From contig DASWYJ010000031.1 of NCBI GenBank assembly GCA_036405035.1, positions 1-38,413 on the forward strand: 38,413 nt of DNA. Direction: 5' to 3'. Shown here one piece after another: positions 27,092 to 36,432 of the stretch (the first letter of the stretch is position 1; each line of letters opens with the position of its first letter). Origin of the DNA: Burkholderiaceae bacterium. Lineage in GTDB: Bacteria; Pseudomonadota; Gammaproteobacteria; Burkholderiales; Burkholderiaceae_C. Below the pieces are notes generated by a model. The model saw nothing but the letters and a program-made list of their open reading frames with translations, ran no database searches and was not told where the DNA came from. The position numbers and the translations under genes were made by a program.

Positions 27092-28195
27092 TCAGCGCCC
27101 CATGGCGGCCCGCACTTCCTGGCCGAGTTCGATCACGGCCATGGCGTAGTAGCTCGACTGGTTGTAGCGGGTGATTACGTAGAAATTGTGGGTGCCGGCC
27201 ACGTAGCTGGGCGGTGCGTCGCTGCCGTTCTGCAGCTCCACCAGCGCCAGCGCGCCCGGGTGCTGCAGCGCCGGGCCTTCAAGTACCGCCCCCCGGGCAG
27301 CGAAGCCGGCCACGGTGAAGGTGGGCAGGATGTCCGGCGCCAGCAGCGCTTCCTTGTCGAGGCGTTCGGTTTCGAGGCGCACGGGGTAGTGGGTGGCCAT
27401 GCCGCTTTCCCAGTTGTAGGCGCGGAAATAGCTGGCCACGGAGCCGATGGCGTCGGCCGGGCTGGTGAAGAGGTCAATGCGCCCGTCGCCGTCGAAATCG
27501 ATGGCATGGCGGATCCAGCTCGACGGCATGAATTGCGGCAGCCCCATGGCGCCGGCATAGCTGCCGCGCGGCTCCAGCGGATCCACGCCGGTGCGGTTGC
27601 ACAGGCTCAGGAACTGCTCCAGCTCACTGCGGAAATACGCGCTGCGTTCGGCTGCGCGCGGGTGCTCCACCGGGAAATCGAAGGCCAGCGTGGTCAGCGC
27701 GTCCATCACCCGGAAATTGCCCATCTGCTGGCCGTAGATGGTTTCCACACCAATGATGCCGACGATGATTTCGGCCGGCACGCCGTATTGGCGTTCGGCC
27801 TTCTGCAGGCTGGCTTCATTGGCCTGCCAGAACGCGGTGCCGGCGGCGATGCGATAGCCGTCGATGAAGCGGCCGCGGTACGCCTGCCAGTTCTTGGCGG
27901 TGCCACCGGGAGCAGGGCGCATCAGCCGCGGAACCGCGGGCAGGAAATTGGCCTGGCCAATGGCTTCGCGCACCCAGGTGCGGTCGAGGCCGCGGCGGCC
28001 GGCCAGGTCGTCGGCGAACTGCATCGCGTCTGCGCGGCTGGCATACAGCGGGCCGGGTTCCGGCGGGCGCGGGGCCACCCGGGTGGAGACTTTTTGCGCA
28101 ACCGGCTTTTTTTTGACGGGTTTCTTGGCCGCGGCCAGCGCAGGTGCTGTTCCGATAGCTATCAAAAGAAGAGCGTTCAGCAGGAGTTTGAGCAT
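27092..28195 (-). CDS. mltB: Lytic murein transglycosylase B
   Basis: Start set at ATG 28195 (MLKLLLNALLLIAIGTAPALA), which overlaps the upstream stop as ATGA. The track N-terminal extension to 28594 runs inside the tgpA gene. IIVGIIGVETIYG (catalytic Glu), GSYAGAMGLPQFMPSSW, DFDGDGRIDL. Confidence 0.88.
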   Translation of the reverse strand: MLKLLLNALLLIAIGTAPALAAAKKPVKKKPVAQKVSTRVAPRPPEPGPLYASRADAMQFADDLAGRRGLDRTWVREAIGQANFLPAVPRLMRPAPGGTAKNWQAYRGRFIDGYRIAAGTAFWQANEASLQKAERQYGVPAEIIVGIIGVETIYGQQMGNFRVMDALTTLAFDFPVEHPRAAERSAYFRSELEQFLSLCNRTGVDPLEPRGSYAGAMGLPQFMPSSWIRHAIDFDGDGRIDLFTSPADAIGSVASYFRAYNWESGMATHYPVRLETERLDKEALLAPDILPTFTVAGFAARGAVLEGPALQHPGALALVELQNGSDAPPSYVAGTHNFYVITRYNQSSYYAMAVIELGQEVRAAMGR

Positions 28196-30234
28196 CAGTC
28201 GGGCCAGCGCAAATGGTGGAAGTCGCGACGCAGTGTAGCCAGAGGCGTGCCGGGCAGGACTGCGTAGCGGTGCGATTCGAGGGCCAGCAGCCATGCCGCG
28301 AGCGGCTCGGCAGCTGCGCCGAAGTGCTGCTGCGCCTGCTGCGCCATCGCACGCGGCGGGCTGGCCGGCGGCATGGGCAGGCCGGCCTGGGCCAGCCGGT
28401 GGCGGGCCCGCTCCAGCAGCCGCAGCCAGGGGTCGTGCTGGCTGCGCTCCCACAGGGCCCAGCCGGCGCCGGCCAAGCTGGCCAGCACCAGGATGCCGAG
28501 CAGCAGGTAGCTGAGGTCCTGCCAGCTGGGTTCGGCAAAGCCCAGCTGCCGCAGCAGGTTGAACTGCCGGCCCTGCGAGTAGTTGAGCACCCACTGGTTC
28601 CAGCCGTTATTCAGTGCCTCCCAGCCGGCGCGCAGGCTGCTGAGCAGGCCGGGGCTGATGGTGCCCAGCGCATCGTTGAAGGCCGAGGCCAGCGCGCCGC
28701 GTGGGGGCAGCAGGCGCTGCAGGGCGCCGGTGCGGCTGGGTGCCACCGCCGCGGTGGGGTCGATGCGCACCCAGCCACGGCCTGCCTGCCAGATTTCGGC
28801 CCAGGCGTGGGCATCGCTCTGCCGCACGGTCCAGAAGCCATCGACGCTGTTGCGGTCACCGCCCTGGTAGCCGGTCACGATGCGGGCGGGCACATCCAGG
28901 GCGCGCATCAGCACCACGAAGGCCGAGGCGATGTGTTCGCAGAAGCCGGCCTTGCTGTCGAACCAGAATTCGTCGGCGCTGTGCGTGCCGGTGGTGCCCG
29001 GCTCCAGCGTGTACACGTAGCCGCCGCTGCGCAGGCGGTCCAGCACGGCGCGGGCCAGCCCGTCGGCGGTGGCGCCGGTGAGCTGCGGATCGCGCCGCAT
29101 CTCGGCGGCCAGCGCCAGCGTGCGGGGATTGAAACCGGCGGGCAGGTCGGTGTAGTCCTGCAGCTGCAGCGTCTGGCGCTGGGGGCCATGGCGAAAGCTG
29201 CTGTAGCTCTGTGCGCTGTAGCGGACCAGATCCGTCACCGGGCGGGTCGAGAGCCACTGCAGGTCGGCGGTCATGCGGATGTCATGGCCGGGTACGGCCG
29301 GTGCGCGGGCAGCCGCTTCCAGCACGAAGATCCAGGGGCGCTGGTTGGGCTCCAGCGTGACCTCGTAGCTGAACGGCGTGCCGGCCACCTGCAGATCGGC
29401 CTGCGCCTGCTGGTGCCGCGGGAACCCGGATGCAAGGCCCCGCCATTCGCGGCCGTCGAAGGTGGCGAGGACCGGGCCGCGGAAGTACAGGTCCTGCTGC
29501 GGGGGAACGGTGCCGTCGAAACGGATGCGCATGGCGATGCTGTCGTCCAGCACCAGCTGCGCGATGCTGCCCACCTGCATCGTGGCCGACAGGCCGCTGC
29601 GGCCGCTCATGCTGTCGCCCGGCAGGCCCCACAGCGGCGCCATGCGCGGAAACAGCAGGAACAGCACGGCCATGATGGGTGCGCCCAGCAGTGCCATCCA
29701 GCCCGCGGTGCGGGCCGCCTGCAGCAACGGGGGGCGGCCCACCGGCATGTGGGCATTGACCAGCGCCGTCAGCAGACCCAGCAGCGCCACCAGCATGGCT
29801 GCAGCGGTGAGCAGCGACTGCGAGAAGAAGAAGTTCGTGAGCATCGTGAAGAAGCCCAGGAAGAAGATCACGAAGGCATCGCGCCGTGCCCGCAGCTCCA
29901 GCGTCTTGAGCGCCAGCAGCACCACGGTGAGCGTGACGCCGGCATCCCGGCCCAGCAGCGTGCGGTGGCTGTACCAGGTTGCGGCGATGGTGAGCGCGAG
30001 CAGGCCCAGCAGCCACCATTTGCCGGGCAGGGGCCTGCCGGCCAGTGCCAGATACCCGCGCCACAGCAGGACGACGCCGGTCAGCGTGCTGCACCACAGT
30101 GGCAGGTTGCCCAGCTGCGGCAACACTACCCAGCCCACCACGACCAGCAGGAACAGCGTGTCGCGGCTGTCGCGCGGCAGGCTGCGCAGCGCGTCGAAAG
30201 GCGTCTTCAGACGCAGGGGCAGGGAAAGGGCCAT
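28195..30234 (-). CDS. tgpA: Transglutaminase-like membrane protein (N-terminal polytopic DUF3488-type domain + transglutaminase core), TgpA-like
   Basis: Start set at MALSLPLRLK (30234), 1 nt after the DUF58 stop. About six N-terminal TM helices. Transglutaminase core GFCEHIASAFVVLMRALDVPARIVTGYQGG ... DAHAWAEIW. C-terminal TM plus tail. Confidence 0.82.
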   Translation of the reverse strand: MALSLPLRLKTPFDALRSLPRDSRDTLFLLVVVGWVVLPQLGNLPLWCSTLTGVVLLWRGYLALAGRPLPGKWWLLGLLALTIAATWYSHRTLLGRDAGVTLTVVLLALKTLELRARRDAFVIFFLGFFTMLTNFFFSQSLLTAAAMLVALLGLLTALVNAHMPVGRPPLLQAARTAGWMALLGAPIMAVLFLLFPRMAPLWGLPGDSMSGRSGLSATMQVGSIAQLVLDDSIAMRIRFDGTVPPQQDLYFRGPVLATFDGREWRGLASGFPRHQQAQADLQVAGTPFSYEVTLEPNQRPWIFVLEAAARAPAVPGHDIRMTADLQWLSTRPVTDLVRYSAQSYSSFRHGPQRQTLQLQDYTDLPAGFNPRTLALAAEMRRDPQLTGATADGLARAVLDRLRSGGYVYTLEPGTTGTHSADEFWFDSKAGFCEHIASAFVVLMRALDVPARIVTGYQGGDRNSVDGFWTVRQSDAHAWAEIWQAGRGWVRIDPTAAVAPSRTGALQRLLPPRGALASAFNDALGTISPGLLSSLRAGWEALNNGWNQWVLNYSQGRQFNLLRQLGFAEPSWQDLSYLLLGILVLASLAGAGWALWERSQHDPWLRLLERARHRLAQAGLPMPPASPPRAMAQQAQQHFGAAAEPLAAWLLALESHRYAVLPGTPLATLRRDFHHLRWPD

Positions 30235-30235
30235 G

Positions 30236-31222
30236 TCAGTGCAGCGCCAGCGCTTCCAGGCACTGCCGCCTGTGGGCCTCGCCGCAGGCGGGGCTGACAA
30301 CCAGGCCCGGCAGGCGCAGGCCGTAGTCGAGGCCCAGCCGGTCTGCCTGCAGTACCCAGGCGCACAGGCGTGAAAGCCGCGCCTCGCCCTCCAGGCCGGC
30401 GGTGTGGTGCCAGTCGAGCCAGAGCGCGTGGTGCTGGGCCTGCTGGTTGTCGCGGCTCACCAGCGTGTCGTCGCCGCTTTCCAGTGTTTTTGCGGCCTTT
30501 TTCCAGACCACGAGCTTCAGCGGATCGCCCCGGCGGTAGCTTCGGATGCCGTCGAACTCGGCGCTGCTGTGCAGGCGGGTGGCACCGCTGCCGCCGGCCA
30601 GGGGTTCACCGGGTGGCAGCGCAGGCGGGCGCAATTCGGCCTCGGGGTAGATGAGCAACTGGGCGGCTGGCCGCCAGATGGCCCAGACACGGAAGGTGCC
30701 CAGCGGGAAGCGGGTCTCGGCCGTCAGCGGCGGCAGCCGGTGGCGGCCCCGCAGGGGTGCGGCCACGGCCACCTGGAGCGTGGCGCTGCCCTGCGCCGGC
30801 ACGTCGGTCCAGCTCCACAGCCGCGTGCCCAGCATGCTGATGCCGATGGCGTGCCGGGGCCGTGCCCGGGTGTTGTGCAGGTGCACCGTCACCACCGCCG
30901 CCGAACCGGCAAACGCCGCATCCGGCGCCGCCAGCCGCAGGGTGAGGCCGCGCAGCGTGCCGTGGCACACGTGCATGCCCACCAGCGCGCTGCCGGCGAG
31001 CAGGAAAGTGAGCAGGTAGCCCAGGTTGAGCTGGTAGTTGATCGACGCCACCAGCAGCACGAGCAGGGTGGCCGCCAGCATGAAGCCGGGCGGGGTCGGC
31101 AGGATGTAGACGTTGCGCTGCGTGAGCGTCAGGGTGTCGGACAGCGGAAGCTTCGCCTGCCACCAGCGGGTGAAGCGCTGGCGGATGAAGGCCAGCGGGC
31201 TGGGCAGAAGTGCCGCATTCAT
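30236..31222 (-). CDS. DUF58 domain protein (MoxR-associated, VWA-like)
   Basis: Start set at MNAALLPSPLAF (31222). Two N-terminal TM helices. Hallmark FDGIRSYRRGDPLKLVVWKKAAK. Confidence 0.82.
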   Translation of the reverse strand: MNAALLPSPLAFIRQRFTRWWQAKLPLSDTLTLTQRNVYILPTPPGFMLAATLLVLLVASINYQLNLGYLLTFLLAGSALVGMHVCHGTLRGLTLRLAAPDAAFAGSAAVVTVHLHNTRARPRHAIGISMLGTRLWSWTDVPAQGSATLQVAVAAPLRGRHRLPPLTAETRFPLGTFRVWAIWRPAAQLLIYPEAELRPPALPPGEPLAGGSGATRLHSSAEFDGIRSYRRGDPLKLVVWKKAAKTLESGDDTLVSRDNQQAQHHALWLDWHHTAGLEGEARLSRLCAWVLQADRLGLDYGLRLPGLVVSPACGEAHRRQCLEALALH

Positions 31223-31324
31223 GGGGTATGCGCGCCAGCCACCACGCCGCGCCGCGCGAAGCAAGGCACGGCGCCCTTGGAGGGCAGCGCAGTGCGCGCA
31301 ACAGGGAGCGTGGAGGCCATGTTT

Positions 31325-32269
31325 TCAGGCCAGCGGCACCGCGTCGATCATCGCGCGTACCTGTTCCACCGCGCCGCGCCCCGCAGTGCCCACCGGAACC
31401 AGCCGGTGCGCCACGGTTTGCGGCAGGATGGCCTGCACGTCGTCGGGCGCCACGTAGTCGCGGCCGCTCAGCAGGGCCTGGGCCTTGGCGGCCCGCACCA
31501 CGGCAATGCCGGCGCGCGGGCTCAGCCCCTGCAGGAACCAGCGGCCTGAGCGGGTGGCCGCGATCAGGTCCTGCACATAGCTGATGAGTGGCTCGGCGGT
31601 GTGCACCGCCAGCACCTGGCGCTGCAGGGCTTCCAGCTCCACGGCGGTGAGCACGGGCGGCAGCGTGTCGGCCAGCGCGCGGTGGTCGGCGCTGTGCAGC
31701 AGCAGGCGCTCGGAGGCGCGGTCGGGATAGCCGAGTGAAATGCGCATCAGGAAGCGGTCGAGCTGCGACTCGGGGAGGGCGAAGGTGCCAAGCTGGTCGT
31801 GGGGGTTCTGGGTGGCAATCACGAAGAAGGGCGAGGGCAGGGGTCGGGTTGCGCCTTCCACCGTGACCTGCTTTTCCTCCATGGCTTCGAGCAGGGCGCT
31901 TTGGGTCTTGGGGCTGGCGCGGTTGATCTCGTCGGCAAGCAGCACCTGGGCGAACAGCGGGCCGGGGTGGAACACGAAGGCTTCCTTGCCCCGTTCGTAG
32001 ATGGAAACGCCGGAGAGGTCGCTCGGCATCAGGTCGGCGGTAAACTGGACCCGCGAGAACTGCAGGCCAAAGGTGCGGGCCAGCGCATGGGCCAGCGTGG
32101 TCTTGCCGACGCCGGGCACGTCCTCGATCAGCAGGTGGCCGCCTGCCAGAAGGCAGGCCACACCGTCCTGTACCTGGGCCCTTTTCCCCACAATCACCGT
32201 GTTAAGCTGGTCCAGCAGCGCCCCGAGTTTGCGTTTTACGTCAAGATGGGGGATGGAATGGGCATTCAT
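31325..32269 (-). CDS. MoxR-family AAA+ ATPase
   Basis: Start set at MNAHSIPHLDVKRKL (32269); track start 32308 is a TTG overlapping the divergent gene. Walker A DVPGVGKTTLAHALA, Walker B LLADEINRASPKTQSALLEAMEE, then VIATQNP. Confidence 0.9.
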   Translation of the reverse strand: MNAHSIPHLDVKRKLGALLDQLNTVIVGKRAQVQDGVACLLAGGHLLIEDVPGVGKTTLAHALARTFGLQFSRVQFTADLMPSDLSGVSIYERGKEAFVFHPGPLFAQVLLADEINRASPKTQSALLEAMEEKQVTVEGATRPLPSPFFVIATQNPHDQLGTFALPESQLDRFLMRISLGYPDRASERLLLHSADHRALADTLPPVLTAVELEALQRQVLAVHTAEPLISYVQDLIAATRSGRWFLQGLSPRAGIAVVRAAKAQALLSGRDYVAPDDVQAILPQTVAHRLVPVGTAGRGAVEQVRAMIDAVPLA

Positions 32270-32298
32270 GGTGAAACCATAACGTAAAAAAACGGGAC

Positions 32299-33252
32299 AT
32301 GGGCGCAACCGGCTACTTTACGCACAGCGATTGTCTGAAACACGAGATGGGTCCCGGGCATCCCGAATGCCCGGAGCGCCTGCATGCCATCGAGGACCGG
32401 CTGCTGGTGAGCGGTGTTGCACTGGCGCTGGCCCGGCGTGAAGCCCCACCGGCGCCGCTGGCAGACCTGGAGCTGGCCCACCACCGCATGCATGTCGCTG
32501 CGCTGCGCGGCATGCACGAGCAGCTGGCCGAAGACCACCAGTCCGGCGGGCCTCCGCTGGCCTACATCGATCCCGACACCGCGATGAACGCCCACACCTG
32601 GCAGGCTGCCCTGTGCGCCGCCGGCGCCACGGTCGCCGCAACCGACGCCGTGATTGGCGGTGAGCTGGAAAACGCCTTCTGCGCGGTGCGCCCGCCGGGC
32701 CACCACGCCGGCCACCGGCAGGCCATGGGCTTCTGCTTCTTCAACAACATCGTGGTGGCGGCGCGCCATGCGCTGGAGCGCCATGGCCTGCAGCGTGTGG
32801 CCATCGTGGATTTCGACGTACACCACGGCAACGGCACCGAGAACATCGTTGCCGGCGACGAGCGCATCCTGATGGTCGGGTTCTTCCAGCACCCGTTCTA
32901 TCCCTACAGCGGCGCGGACTGCACGGCTGGCAATGTGCTGAACGTGCCGGTGCCGGCCTACACGCGGGGCATGGCGGTGCGGGAGCTGGTCGAGGCCGCC
33001 TGGATTCCGCGGCTCGAGGCCTTCCGGCCGGAGATGGTGTTCATCAGCGCCGGCTTCGATGCCCACCGCGAAGACGACCTGGGCCAGATGGGCCTGGTCG
33101 AGCAGGACTATGCCTGGATCACCCAGCGCATCAAGGATGTTGCCCAGCGCCATGCGCAGGGCCGGATTGTCAGCACGCTGGAGGGGGGCTACAACCTCAG
33201 CGCGCTGGGCCGCAGCGTCGAGGCCCACCTGCGGGTGCTGGCCGACGTGTAA
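32299..33252 (+). CDS. Histone deacetylase-family (HDAC-like / acetylpolyamine-type) amidohydrolase
   Basis: HPECPERL, RPPGHHAG, IVDFDVHHGNGT, SAGFDAH, LEGGYN: the full zinc-deacetylase motif set. Confidence 0.88.
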   Translation: MGATGYFTHSDCLKHEMGPGHPECPERLHAIEDRLLVSGVALALARREAPPAPLADLELAHHRMHVAALRGMHEQLAEDHQSGGPPLAYIDPDTAMNAHTWQAALCAAGATVAATDAVIGGELENAFCAVRPPGHHAGHRQAMGFCFFNNIVVAARHALERHGLQRVAIVDFDVHHGNGTENIVAGDERILMVGFFQHPFYPYSGADCTAGNVLNVPVPAYTRGMAVRELVEAAWIPRLEAFRPEMVFISAGFDAHREDDLGQMGLVEQDYAWITQRIKDVAQRHAQGRIVSTLEGGYNLSALGRSVEAHLRVLADV

Positions 33253-33269
33253 CTCGAGGAGACAACACC

Positions 33270-34091
33270 ATGTTGACAGCCACCGTGGCGCAGGATGCGC
33301 CCCTTTTCAGCCACCGCGATGCACGCGGCGTGCTGACCCTGACCATGAACCGGCCCGGCAATTTCAATGCGCTGGGCGAGGAAATGCTGGGCGCGCTGCA
33401 GGCCGCCATCGATGCCGCTTCGCGTGACGACACGCTGCGGGTGGTGGTGCTGGCTTCCGCCGGCAAGGCCTTCTGCCCCGGGCACAACCTGAAGGAAATG
33501 ATCGCCCTGCCCGAGAACGAGGCGCTGGCCTACTACCAGTCACTGTTCAGCCGCTGCAGCCGGGTGATGCTCGGCCTGCTGCAGCTGCCGGTGCCGGTGA
33601 TCGCCCGGGTGCAGGGCCTGGCCACGGCTGCCGGCTGCCAGTTGGTGGCGCAATGCGATCTGGCGGTGGCGGCCGACAGCGCACGTTTTGCGACCAGCGG
33701 GATTGCCTATGGGCTGTTCTGTTCCACGCCGAGTGTTGCGCTCTCCCGCAATGTGGGAACCAAGCAGGCGATGGAAATGCTGCTGACCGGTGAATTCGTC
33801 GATGCCGCCCAGGCGCAGCAGATGGGCCTGGTCAACCGGGTCGTGCCGGCCGGGGAACTGGACGCGGAAATCGAGGTCCTGGTGCGCAGCATCCTGGACA
33901 AGCCACGGGTGGCCATGGCGATGGGCAAGCGGCTGTTCTACCAGCAGCGCGAGATGGGCATCGAGGCGGCCTACCAGCTCGCCGGCCAGACCATGGCGGT
34001 CAACATGATGGACCCGGCCGCCCGTGAAGGCGTGCTGGCCTTCACGGAGAAGCGGCTTCCGGCCTGGCGCGTGGCAAAGGGACAGGCATGA
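33270..34091 (+). CDS. Enoyl-CoA hydratase/isomerase (crotonase) family protein
   Basis: VVVLASAGKAFCPGHNLKEM, IARVQGLATAAGCQLVAQCDLAVA, AMEMLLTGEFVDAAQAQQMGLVNRVV. Confidence 0.88.
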   Translation: MLTATVAQDAPLFSHRDARGVLTLTMNRPGNFNALGEEMLGALQAAIDAASRDDTLRVVVLASAGKAFCPGHNLKEMIALPENEALAYYQSLFSRCSRVMLGLLQLPVPVIARVQGLATAAGCQLVAQCDLAVAADSARFATSGIAYGLFCSTPSVALSRNVGTKQAMEMLLTGEFVDAAQAQQMGLVNRVVPAGELDAEIEVLVRSILDKPRVAMAMGKRLFYQQREMGIEAAYQLAGQTMAVNMMDPAAREGVLAFTEKRLPAWRVAKGQA

Positions 34092-35374
34092 CGGAACTGC
34101 AGGCATTGCTGGAGGACCTGTCCAACGCCCGGGTCTGGGTGGAAATCGGGGCGCTGGCGGGGTGCATGGCGCTGGCCTGGCTGGTGAGCTGGATGATCGG
34201 CCGGGGCCAGCCCAAGGATTCGGTCTGGTTTGGCCGCAATACGCTCGATGGCCTCTTTTTCCCCTTGGTGGCGCTGGCATTGATCTATGCTGCGCGGGTT
34301 GCCGTCAGCCACTACCAGCCTGTGGCCGTGCTGCGGGTGGCCGTGCCGGTATTCCTGTCGCTGGCGGCGATCCGGCTGGCGGTGCTGGTGCTGACGGCGG
34401 TGTTTCCCAGTTCCGGGGGCATCCGGCTGCTGGAGCGTTTCGTGTCGTGGATCGCCTGGCTCGCGGCGATTCTCTGGATACTGGGCCTGCTGCCCAGTGT
34501 GCTGGCCGAGCTGGACCAGATCACGCTGGCGTTCGGCAAGACCAAGGTGTCCGTCCGCACCATCATCGAGGGAACGCTGTCGAGCGGGCTGGTGCTGGTA
34601 CTGGTGCTGTGGGTGTCGGCCACCATCGAGCGCCGGCTGCTGTATACCCATGTGAGCGATTTGTCGGTCCGCAAGATTGCCAGCAACGCGATGCGGTCGG
34701 TGCTGCTGCTGGTCGGGTTCCTGTTTGCGCTGTCGGCCGTGGGAGTGGACCTGACGGCGCTCTCGGTGCTGGGCGGGGCGATTGGCGTGGGCCTGGGTTT
34801 CGGCCTGCAGAAACTGGCGTCCAACTACGTGAGCGGATTCGTGATCCTGCTGGAGCGGTCGCTGCGGATCGGTGACAACGTGCGCATCGATGGCTTCGAG
34901 GGCAAGATCACCGACATCAAGACCCGCTACACGCTGGTGCGGGGCAGCAATGGCCGCGAATCCATCGTGCCCAATGAGCTGCTGATCACACAACGGGTCG
35001 AGAACCTGTCGCTGAGCGACGCGAAAATTCTGGTCAGCAGCACCATTTCGGTTGGCTATGACAGCGATGTCCGCAAGGTGCGCGAGATCCTGTGTGCCTG
35101 CGCGGCCGCGAGCAACCGGGTGCTGAAGGACCCGGGGCCGGTGGCCCACCTGGCCAATTTCGGCGCCGATGGGCTGGAGTTCTCGCTGCTGTTCTGGATC
35201 ATGGACCCGGAGAACGGCCAGCTCAACGTGCGTTCGGAGATCAACATGGCGGTGTTGTCAGCCCTGCGCGCCGCCGATATCGACATTCCCTATCCCCAGC
35301 GGGTGGTGCATGTGCGGCCCGACGGTACGCTGGCCACGCCAGCGGGTGCAGCGGCGCAGGCTGCCCCCGACTGA
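34088..35374 (+). CDS. Mechanosensitive ion channel (MscS family)
   Basis: ATGA overlap with the upstream gene. Multiple N-terminal TM helices. Pore/beta-domain signature GGAIGVGLGFGLQKLASNYVSGFVILLERSLRIGDNVRIDGFEGKITDIKTRYT. Confidence 0.88.
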   Translation: MTELQALLEDLSNARVWVEIGALAGCMALAWLVSWMIGRGQPKDSVWFGRNTLDGLFFPLVALALIYAARVAVSHYQPVAVLRVAVPVFLSLAAIRLAVLVLTAVFPSSGGIRLLERFVSWIAWLAAILWILGLLPSVLAELDQITLAFGKTKVSVRTIIEGTLSSGLVLVLVLWVSATIERRLLYTHVSDLSVRKIASNAMRSVLLLVGFLFALSAVGVDLTALSVLGGAIGVGLGFGLQKLASNYVSGFVILLERSLRIGDNVRIDGFEGKITDIKTRYTLVRGSNGRESIVPNELLITQRVENLSLSDAKILVSSTISVGYDSDVRKVREILCACAAASNRVLKDPGPVAHLANFGADGLEFSLLFWIMDPENGQLNVRSEINMAVLSALRAADIDIPYPQRVVHVRPDGTLATPAGAAAQAAPD

Positions 35375-35391
35375 GGCCCGCGGCGCGCTGC

Positions 35392-35420
35392 TTGCGGGGC
35401 GCCGGTGCAGCGCATATAAT
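35392..35420 (+). promoter_or_regulatory. Candidate sigma-70 promoter for etfBA
   Basis: TTGCGG (35392-35397), a 17-nt spacer, then a perfect TATAAT (35415-35420), about 160 nt upstream of the etfB ATG in an unusually AT-rich spacer. Confidence 0.35.
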
Positions 35421-35427
35421 CGGAAAA

Positions 35428-35441
35428 AGAACGGTCGTTCT
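35428..35441. promoter_or_regulatory. Inverted repeat (6-2-6) just downstream of the candidate -10; possible operator
   Basis: AGAACG-GT-CGTTCT, with perfect 6-bp arms. Confidence 0.3.
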
Positions 35442-35579
35442 ATTTTTGGTTTTCACAGGGAAAACCCACTGGAAACGTTGCCCGAATTGTCGCCGTGGCG
35501 GCTATTTGCAATCAATTACAATGCCAGTTTCCAGTAAGAATTCTTTCAATCACTTCAAACACTCTAGGGAGCCTCGGCA

Positions 35580-36329
35580 ATGAAGGTCTTGGTCGCAGTC
35601 AAGCGTGTGGTCGACTACAACGTGAAGGTCCGCGTCAAATCGGACAACACTGGCGTGGATATCGCCAACGTCAAGATGAGCATGAACCCCTTTGACGAGA
35701 TCGCGGTGGAAGAGGCCGTGCGTCTGAAAGAAAAGGGCGTGGTAACGGAAGTCATCGCTGTTTCCTGCGGTGTGGCCCAGTGCCAGGAAACCCTGCGTAC
35801 TGCCATGGCCATTGGCGCGGACCGCGCCATCCTCGTTGAAACCGCCACCGAACTGCAGCCCCTGGCCGTGGCCAAGCTGCTCAAGGCCCTGGTGGACAAG
35901 GAACAGCCTGGCCTGGTGATCCTTGGCAAGCAGGCCATCGACGACGACTGCAACCAGACCGGCCAGATGCTGGCTGCGCTGGCCGGCCTGCCACAGGCCA
36001 CCTTTGCCAGCAAGGTGGAAGTGGCCGACGGCAAGGCCTCGGTGACCCGCGAAGTCGACGGCGGCCTGGAGACCCTGTCGGTCACGCTGCCCGCCATCGT
36101 CACCACCGACCTGCGCCTGAACGAGCCGCGCTACGTCACGCTGCCCAACATCATGAAGGCCAAGAAGAAGCCGCTGGAAACCGTCAAGCCCGAAGACCTC
36201 GGTGTGGACGTCACGCCGCGCCTGAAGACCCTGAAAGTGACCGAGCCGCCCAAGCGCAGCGCCGGCATCAAGGTGCCCGATGTGGCCACGCTCGTCGCCA
36301 AGCTGAAGAACGAAGCGAAGGTCATTTGA
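35580..36329 (+). CDS. etfB: Electron transfer flavoprotein subunit beta
   Basis: [64 protein letters not shown] upstream. Confidence 0.95.
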   Translation: MKVLVAVKRVVDYNVKVRVKSDNTGVDIANVKMSMNPFDEIAVEEAVRLKEKGVVTEVIAVSCGVAQCQETLRTAMAIGADRAILVETATELQPLAVAKLLKALVDKEQPGLVILGKQAIDDDCNQTGQMLAALAGLPQATFASKVEVADGKASVTREVDGGLETLSVTLPAIVTTDLRLNEPRYVTLPNIMKAKKKPLETVKPEDLGVDVTPRLKTLKVTEPPKRSAGIKVPDVATLVAKLKNEAKVI

Positions 36330-36432
36330 TGCTTCCCGGCCGAGGGGCTCCGCACAGCGGGGTCGCCCGGCCGACGCACCGAATCCCGGAACGTACCGCA
36401 CCCGAAACAGAATTTAGGTCAGGACCCAAACC

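Noticed and set aside
28213-30297. 694-aa plus-strand ORF
   Set aside because: It mirrors the tgpA-like gene on the opposite strand. Its composition (runs of Q, R, A, G, H) and lack of any motif mark it as a shadow ORF, whereas the minus-strand product has a TM domain and a transglutaminase core.
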